Source: Eledone cirrhosa (taxonomy: Eukaryota). Taken from it: DNA of 64,000 nt. Each line of letters begins with the position of its first letter. Position 1 is the first letter of the stretch. The translations under genes were made by a program, and so were the position numbers. A model generated the notes under the pieces. It searched no databases and was not told the origin of the DNA. It was given only the letters and a program-made list of their open reading frames with translations. Positions 62,301 through 64,000 of the stretch are shown here, piece after piece. The stretch is taken from NCBI GenBank assembly GCA_964016885.1, contig OZ024763.1, positions 10,354,001 through 10,418,000 on the forward strand. Direction: 5' to 3'.

Positions 62301-63852
62301 TTAGGAAAGCCCTTCAAGATGTGTATGACGAGAAAGATGAATTAGAATTGTATGATATAGAAGATAAATCGAAGTTCTTACGCGACAACTTACTGCAAGC
62401 AACTGAAGAGACTTGTAGCTGGAGCTAAGCTCCAAGCAGACAGAGGGTGACTTGATGGTAGAACAGCATGGGAGATAGAGCCATTAAAGACAAAAGACAA
62501 GCATGGAAGGATATGAAAAATGGGGGGAGTAGAGACCGATACTCAGCTGCTAAAAGAGAGGCTAGATGTCAGGTATACATAGCACGCAGGGATGCTGAGA
62601 GCAGGAGGTTTGCCAATGTTCTGTGACAAGAGGATCAGAGACGTGAGGTGTTCTGCATTGTACAGCAGTGTGTCAGTGAGAATCAGGATGTTGTTGAAGA
62701 TAAATGTGTTTGAAATGATGCTGGTGCACCTAGCATCACTGATACTCAGAAAAAGGAGGCTTGGAAACGTCATTATGAGAGACTGATGAATGTTGAGAAT
62801 GAATGGGAGAGAGGGAAATTAGACCCAACAGAGATTGAGATTGATGACTATAGGGTCAAGGAAACAAATAAAGAGATGAAAAGTGGTAAGGCCGCTGGAC
62901 CATCAGGGATAGTTGCTGAGGTGTTGAAGGCATCAGAAGTAGGAACTAAACTAGTTGCACCCATAGTCAATTAAGTCATATATGGCCGAAAGACTGGTGC
63001 AGCAGTATTCTTGTTAATTGTTACAAAGGTAAAGAGGATGCTCTGGAGAGGAGCAATTATAGGGGCATAAAACTGATGGATCTGGTTATGAAAGCAACAG
63101 AAAGGGTGCTAGCACAACTAATTAGAGAAAGGGTCAAATTAGATGAGATGCAGTTTGGTTATATGCCTGGGAAAAGTACAACACATGCCCTCTTCTTAGT
63201 GAGACACCTACATACATTGCCCATTTCACAAATATATATTAGATATATATAAAAATGAGAAAACTCATCGCTAGAACTGTCATTAAAACAGCTAAATGCT
63301 GTCTAAGAGAGAGACCAGCAGCCAGTGGTCAACAAGAGAGAAATCCACAAGGTGGGTGACAGGCAGATGAAACACAGAAAAGATCAAAAGAGGAGGACAA
63401 GGAGAAGAGCGCTAGTGCACAGGACTAACTGGAAGAAAGGAATAAAGAACAAGACAAGTTTACATATCTCTACCCTCATCAGCTGTCAAACCAGCAAAAT
63501 GGTTTTGCACAATCTAATTGAGAGTACCATTTTAAAATGCTGGATTGTGCAACAGAAAAATAAATCTCTCTGCTGGTATGATGTGTGTGTGATAAAATAA
63601 AGAGTACAAATAGGATGAAAGAAAGCAAAGAAAAGAAAATAATAGGACAGTGAAAACAGCACAGATAGAAGGACATATATATAAAAAGAAAACAAGAAAT
63701 GTGAAGAAACTGACCTTCTTTCTGCAGAAAGAGTTCCCTCAGTTTGGCTCTTTTTAAGCCAAACTCCTTCTCTTGATCCTCCTTCTCCCGAATCAGTTCA
63801 CGCTCCCTTCGTTCCAGGTAGGCCAGTCGTTCATGTAGAACCCTCAGCTCTT
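6797..63852 (-). CDS. RABEP1: Rab GTPase-binding effector protein 1 (Rabaptin-5), multi-exon, 5' and 3' partial in this window
   Basis: 18 exons with GT-AG sites and consistent phases join into one ORF. It carries Rabaptin-5 hallmark motifs recognised from memory of the human protein: [108 protein letters not shown]. Confidence 0.95.
7145..7450. repeat. Minisatellite, about 37-bp unit, about 8 copies
   Basis: tataaaataatgacttatacatgagtataatgttgta tandem. Confidence 0.93.
7506..7695 (-). CDS. RABEP1: RABEP1 exon (190 nt, phase 0-1) [12 protein letters not shown]...TLQERL
   Basis: ttttccag| acceptor, |gtaggc donor; [10 protein letters not shown] motif. Confidence 0.93.
8529..8630 (-). CDS. 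RABEP1: RABEP1 exon (102 nt, phase 0-0) [16 protein letters not shown]...LPNNLE
   Basis: tttcttgcag| acceptor, |gtatgt donor; conserved NDSL.GKHS. Confidence 0.93.
8735..9355. repeat. Minisatellite, 26/32-bp unit
   Basis: aacactata(actata)tacccagtctctatgtt tandem. Confidence 0.95.
9852..10015. repeat. 14-bp tandem repeat ctggagctacacac
   Basis: About 9 good copies next to micro-exon 10052-10090. Confidence 0.9.
10052..10090 (-). CDS. RABEP1: RABEP1 micro-exon (39 nt, phase 0-0) [13 protein letters not shown]
   Basis: attgtag| acceptor, |gtaggg donor; resembles human LMQSREQVSEE. Confidence 0.85.
10535..11715 (+). mobile_element. RTE-clade LINE, decayed RT
   Basis: [40 protein letters not shown]...WDGHVMHM with stops and frameshifts. 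Confidence 0.9.
11720..12155 (+). mobile_element. RTE/RTEX-like LINE 3' fragment (second family)
   Basis: [16 protein letters not shown]...QRLRFAGHC...[11 protein letters not shown], (GAT)n tail. Confidence 0.8.
12925..13245 (+). mobile_element. RTE-type AP endonuclease fragment
   Basis: DFNGYVG...[12 protein letters not shown]...QIDFIL motifs. Confidence 0.7.
13298..13396 (-). CDS. RABEP1: RABEP1 exon (99 nt, phase 0-0) [13 protein letters not shown]...LELQDQL
   Basis: atctctag| acceptor, |gtaagt donor. Confidence 0.88.
14023..14412. repeat. Minisatellite, 56-bp unit, about 7 copies
   Basis: ggtggaggtgcagtgtggcaacaaagccacaattgagtctttggtagaccaYgaca tandem. Confidence 0.95.
15226..15447 (-). 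CDS. RABEP1: RABEP1 exon (222 nt, phase 0-0) [19 protein letters not shown]...EDARIQ
   Basis: attttag| acceptor, |gtaata donor; CDMC.NYE motif. Confidence 0.95.
15839..15891 (-). ncRNA. Minimal type-I hammerhead ribozyme motif (pre-mRNA sense)
   Basis: UAAACU-CUGAUGA-A-ACCUGU(8-nt loop)ACAGGU-A-GAAA-CAGCUG-UC|AGUUUA: 6-bp stem I, palindromic stem III, GUC site. Confidence 0.75.
16190..16910 (+). mobile_element. Tc1/mariner transposase remnant (mariner type)
   Basis: [47 protein letters not shown] motifs; TIR-like end followed by TA. Confidence 0.9.
18214..18338 (-). CDS. RABEP1: RABEP1 exon (125 nt, phase 1-0) DPTPEVE...[12 protein letters not shown]
   Basis: gtttcag| acceptor, |gtaaaa donor; VS.kEW.LLQ.E motif. 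Confidence 0.92.
19125..19401 (-). CDS. RABEP1: RABEP1 exon (277 nt, phase 0-1) [10 protein letters not shown]...AQRRAIT, Ser-rich linker
   Basis: cctcctgccag| acceptor, |gtacgt donor; open frame. Confidence 0.85.
19600..20330. repeat. Degenerate (GGT)n tract
   Basis: ggt/agt/tgt triplet low-complexity sequence. Confidence 0.93.
21090..21445 (+). mobile_element. R4/Dong-like non-LTR fragment (region N-terminal to RT)
   Basis: [12 protein letters not shown]...[20 protein letters not shown]. Confidence 0.65.
21452..21658. mobile_element. piggyBac-type MITE, same family, opposite orientation
   Basis: TTAA-CCCTTTACCATTTA...TAAATGCTAAAGGG-TTAA; internal sequence is the reverse complement of the 1532 copy. 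Confidence 0.85.
22200..22650 (+). mobile_element. R4/Dong-like 3' fragment (restriction-like endonuclease end)
   Basis: FIDV.CAFDTRI..K..EK...Y.DLKHE...[10 protein letters not shown]...[16 protein letters not shown]; flanked by (TAA)n. Confidence 0.75.
22869..22903 (-). CDS. RABEP1: RABEP1 micro-exon (35 nt, phase 1-0) [12 protein letters not shown]
   Basis: tttctacag| acceptor, AAG|gtaagc donor; supplies the phase change needed between the flanking exons. Confidence 0.82.
23140..25740 (+). mobile_element. R4/Dong-like non-LTR retrotransposon, internally deleted and decayed
   Basis: [24 protein letters not shown]...[29 protein letters not shown]; begins and ends in (TAA)n. Confidence 0.85.
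26011..26115 (-). CDS. RABEP1: RABEP1 exon (105 nt, phase 1-1) [10 protein letters not shown]...EQEQRRK
   Basis: ttttttag| acceptor, |gttggc donor; coiled-coil composition. Confidence 0.85.
26765..27885. mobile_element. LINE RT/C-terminal fragment with internal inversion
   Basis: + part 27330-27885 reads YLGVT.D...KVSTRNNLL...ALVYSTVDY; - part 27330-26770 continues to [10 protein letters not shown]. Confidence 0.65.
27618..27825. mobile_element. piggyBac-type MITE, same family, nested in a LINE
   Basis: CCCTTTAGCATTT...AAATGGTAAAGGG-TTAA; interrupts an RT reading frame. Confidence 0.8.
27893..28410. repeat. About 19-bp tandem repeat ggtcagttgtgaggtggga
   Basis: Direct tandem array. Confidence 0.93.
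28515..28673 (-). CDS. RABEP1: RABEP1 exon (159 nt, phase 1-1) [10 protein letters not shown]...EQQRQIV
   Basis: ttgttag| acceptor, |gtaaga donor; [15 protein letters not shown] motif. Confidence 0.95.
28744..29165. repeat. 20/23-bp tandem repeat (tgg)tggtgtcatgtctaatacag
   Basis: Direct tandem array. Confidence 0.95.
29221..30055. repeat. Compound (TG)-rich microsatellite
   Basis: tgtgtatctgtgtatg-type units. Confidence 0.93.
30069..30204 (-). CDS. RABEP1: RABEP1 exon (136 nt, phase 0-1) [20 protein letters not shown]...TELHE
   Basis: ggtcag| acceptor, |gtcagt donor; strongly conserved motif. Confidence 0.95.
30277..30555. repeat. 41-bp minisatellite, about 7 copies
   Basis: agactcagtccatctcgttatggctgtgtagttaattaact tandem. 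Confidence 0.95.
30569..30962. repeat. About 16-bp purine-rich tandem repeat gagaggaggcactcgg
   Basis: Direct tandem array ending 10 bp from an exon donor. Confidence 0.93.
30973..31074 (-). CDS. RABEP1: RABEP1 exon (102 nt, phase 0-0) [10 protein letters not shown]...NTDPEEK
   Basis: cacctccag| acceptor, |gtatgt donor; open in phase. Confidence 0.8.
31368..31495 (+). mobile_element. CRE-clade non-LTR 3' fragment
   Basis: [25 protein letters not shown], typical CRE C-terminus. Confidence 0.7.
32099..32290 (+). mobile_element. tRNA-derived SINE family B; other copies at about 306-490(-), 7735-7895(-), 20390-20845(-, two), 22660-22830(-), 25740-25920(-), 35020-35225(-), 43022-43212(-), 53229-53580(+, two)
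   Basis: gggcggtgaattggcag...gggttcaaatcccgcc..ggttaactttgcctttcat...gtcgataaaataaagtaccag...ggccttgtgccaaaagtagaaacaattatt. Confidence 0.85.
32727..33070 (+). mobile_element. tRNA-derived SINE family A; other full or partial copies at about 7915-8400(-), 10170-10530(+), 17085-17410(-), 43415-43630(-), 44175-44395(-), 58930-59310(-)
   Basis: A/B-box head tggctcagtggttagagc...gagttcaattctc, core ccttgagcaagacactttatttcac, gttaggaagggcatccagc, (GAT)n tail. Confidence 0.85.
33400..34700 (+). mobile_element. RTE-like LINE remnant
   Basis: [45 protein letters not shown]. Confidence 0.85.
34889..35005 (-). CDS. RABEP1: RABEP1 exon (117 nt, phase 0-0) [12 protein letters not shown]...IKDLEKQ
   Basis: tttgtag| acceptor, |gtaaga donor; conserved motif. 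Confidence 0.95.
35470..36350 (-). mobile_element. L1/Tx1-like LINE 3' remnant
   Basis: [28 protein letters not shown] (zf-RVT-like) region. Confidence 0.65.
36551..36617 (-). ncRNA. Hammerhead ribozyme motif (pre-mRNA sense)
   Basis: GAUU-CUGAUGA-A-AUCAAUACAG...CUGCAUUGAU-A-GAAA-CAUUCG-UA|AAUU; 9/10-bp stem II, weak 4-bp stem I. Confidence 0.6.
37725..40090. repeat. Minisatellite, 40/43-bp unit (ACCACATTACAAGGTGGGCTGGGTGG/CTATTATGGCACCAGT), about 55 copies
   Basis: Direct tandem array with no unique spacers; flanked by SINE family A sequence. Confidence 0.97.
41595..41720 (-). CDS. RABEP1: Candidate cassette exon (126 nt, phase 0-0) [42 protein letters not shown]
   Basis: ccctctcgtgcag| acceptor and CAA|gtaagg donor; stop-free, multiple of 3, matches the phase-0 intron; unique sequence within AT microsatellite; no homology support. 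Confidence 0.55.
41998..42040 (-). ncRNA. Mirror hammerhead motif in left arm of foldback element (pre-mRNA sense)
   Basis: Exact reverse complement of 42159-42201. Confidence 0.65.
42159..42201 (+). ncRNA. Minimal hammerhead motif in right arm of foldback element
   Basis: GUCA-CUGAAGA-G-GUCACA(gaaug)UGUGAC-GAAA-GAAC-UU|UGAC. Confidence 0.65.
44860..45940 (-). mobile_element. RTE-clade LINE, relatively young copy of the 10.5-kb family
   Basis: [16 protein letters not shown]...WELLYADDL...GRPRKTW. Confidence 0.9.
47320..47452. repeat. About 38-bp tandem repeat, about 3.5 copies
   Basis: aattctcagggagattcagcatgtgtatgcttaaatgt. Confidence 0.85.
48830..50460 (+). mobile_element. RTE-clade LINE, decayed RT
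   Basis: [42 protein letters not shown]. Confidence 0.9.
51348..51760. repeat. 13-bp G-rich repeat gggtgggtggaga
   Basis: Direct tandem array, G-quadruplex prone on +. Confidence 0.93.
51797..52782 (+). mobile_element. Penelope-like element remnant: GIY-YIG endonuclease fragment between inverted pLTR copies
   Basis: [17 protein letters not shown]....EH...IREA at about 52220-52585; 51800-51975 is the reverse complement of 52590-52770. Confidence 0.8.
51978..52019 (-). ncRNA. Degenerate hammerhead motif, same family as the 42-kb pair
   Basis: CA-CUGAUGA-U-GACAC...GUGAU-GAAA-GAAC-UU|UGAG; stems I and II partly broken. Confidence 0.5.
52845..52953 (-). CDS. RABEP1: RABEP1 exon (109 nt, phase 2-0) EGFLASVAK...LEDSMRK
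   Basis: tttccag| acceptor, |gtaatg donor; LEDSMRK corresponds to human LENEMKK. Confidence 0.9.
54745..55280 (+). mobile_element. Penelope-like element remnant (thumb end plus GIY-YIG endonuclease), frameshifted
   Basis: LK(N)GYP, then [26 protein letters not shown] ... [19 protein letters not shown]. Confidence 0.85.
55590..55890. repeat. About 45-53-bp minisatellite, about 6 copies, that includes the exon donor site
   Basis: agggctaaa(caa)n gagatatatcagtccactactgacct tandem; the last unit ends at the exon boundary 55889. Confidence 0.93.
55889..56015 (-). CDS. RABEP1: RABEP1 exon (127 nt, phase 1-2) EAADEASRK...MQLNQER
   Basis: gttacag| acceptor, |gtcagt donor; frame matches neighbouring exons. 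Confidence 0.88.
56281..56410. repeat. Inverted repeat (about 50-bp arms)
   Basis: aaaaaaggaaaagaattacttcactt..agttctaaacaattt pairs with aaattgtttagaact..aagtgaagtcattcttttcctttttt. Confidence 0.8.
57845..58290 (+). mobile_element. Decayed LINE 3' end (RTE-like)
   Basis: Degenerate C-terminal motifs and a (GAA)n tail. Confidence 0.45.
58418..58585. repeat. About 34-bp tandem repeat, about 5 copies
   Basis: catttgcttaaattcttataagcaggggaggggg. Confidence 0.88.
60370..61160 (-). mobile_element. RTE-clade LINE fragment
   Basis: Reverse complement matches the RT N-terminal part of the 48.8-kb and 62.3-kb copies. Confidence 0.8.
61848..62051 (-). CDS. RABEP1: RABEP1 exon (204 nt, phase 1-1) EELKRERD...[11 protein letters not shown]
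   Basis: ttcacccag| acceptor, |gtaaag donor; [26 protein letters not shown] motif. Confidence 0.93.
62300..63210 (+). mobile_element. RTE-clade LINE fragment
   Basis: [39 protein letters not shown]. Confidence 0.85.
63715..63852 (-). CDS. RABEP1: RABEP1 exon (138 nt, phase 1-1) ELRVLHERL...RELFLQKE
   Basis: tgttgtag| acceptor, |gtcagt donor; N-terminal Rabaptin coiled coil. Confidence 0.93.
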
Positions 63853-64000
63853 CTACAACACAAACATGAAACAACCAGTAACACATAGAACAACACTGAA
63901 GAACACATGTTTTAAAGATCTAACTTGCATGTGTTCCAGGAAGGAACATGATATCAAAATGGTTAAGTGAATAAATGAATAAACAATATACATGCAACAA

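Overview
This is AT-rich, microsatellite-dense eukaryotic genomic DNA. The SINE/LINE repertoire suggests an octopod cephalopod, which is an inference. The whole window lies inside one minus-strand gene, Rabaptin-5 (RABEP1). I traced 18 phase-consistent GT-AG coding exons (63852 down to 6797; 2453 nt, about 817 codons); the first and last exons fall outside the window. A candidate in-frame 126-nt cassette exon sits at 41595-41720. Introns hold decayed RTE, CR1, Tx1/L1, R4/Dong, CRE and Penelope-like (GIY-YIG) retroelements, a mariner remnant, TTAA-flanked piggyBac-type MITEs, tRNA-derived SINEs and many exon-flanking minisatellites. The main unexplained signal is a dispersed set of minimal type-I hammerhead ribozyme motifs, about five near-intact and several degenerate. 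Many lie in inverted or tandem Penelope-type repeats, several are on the pre-mRNA sense strand, and a mirrored pair forms a 500-bp foldback just upstream of the candidate cassette exon. Most ORFs in the supplied track are repeat artefacts.
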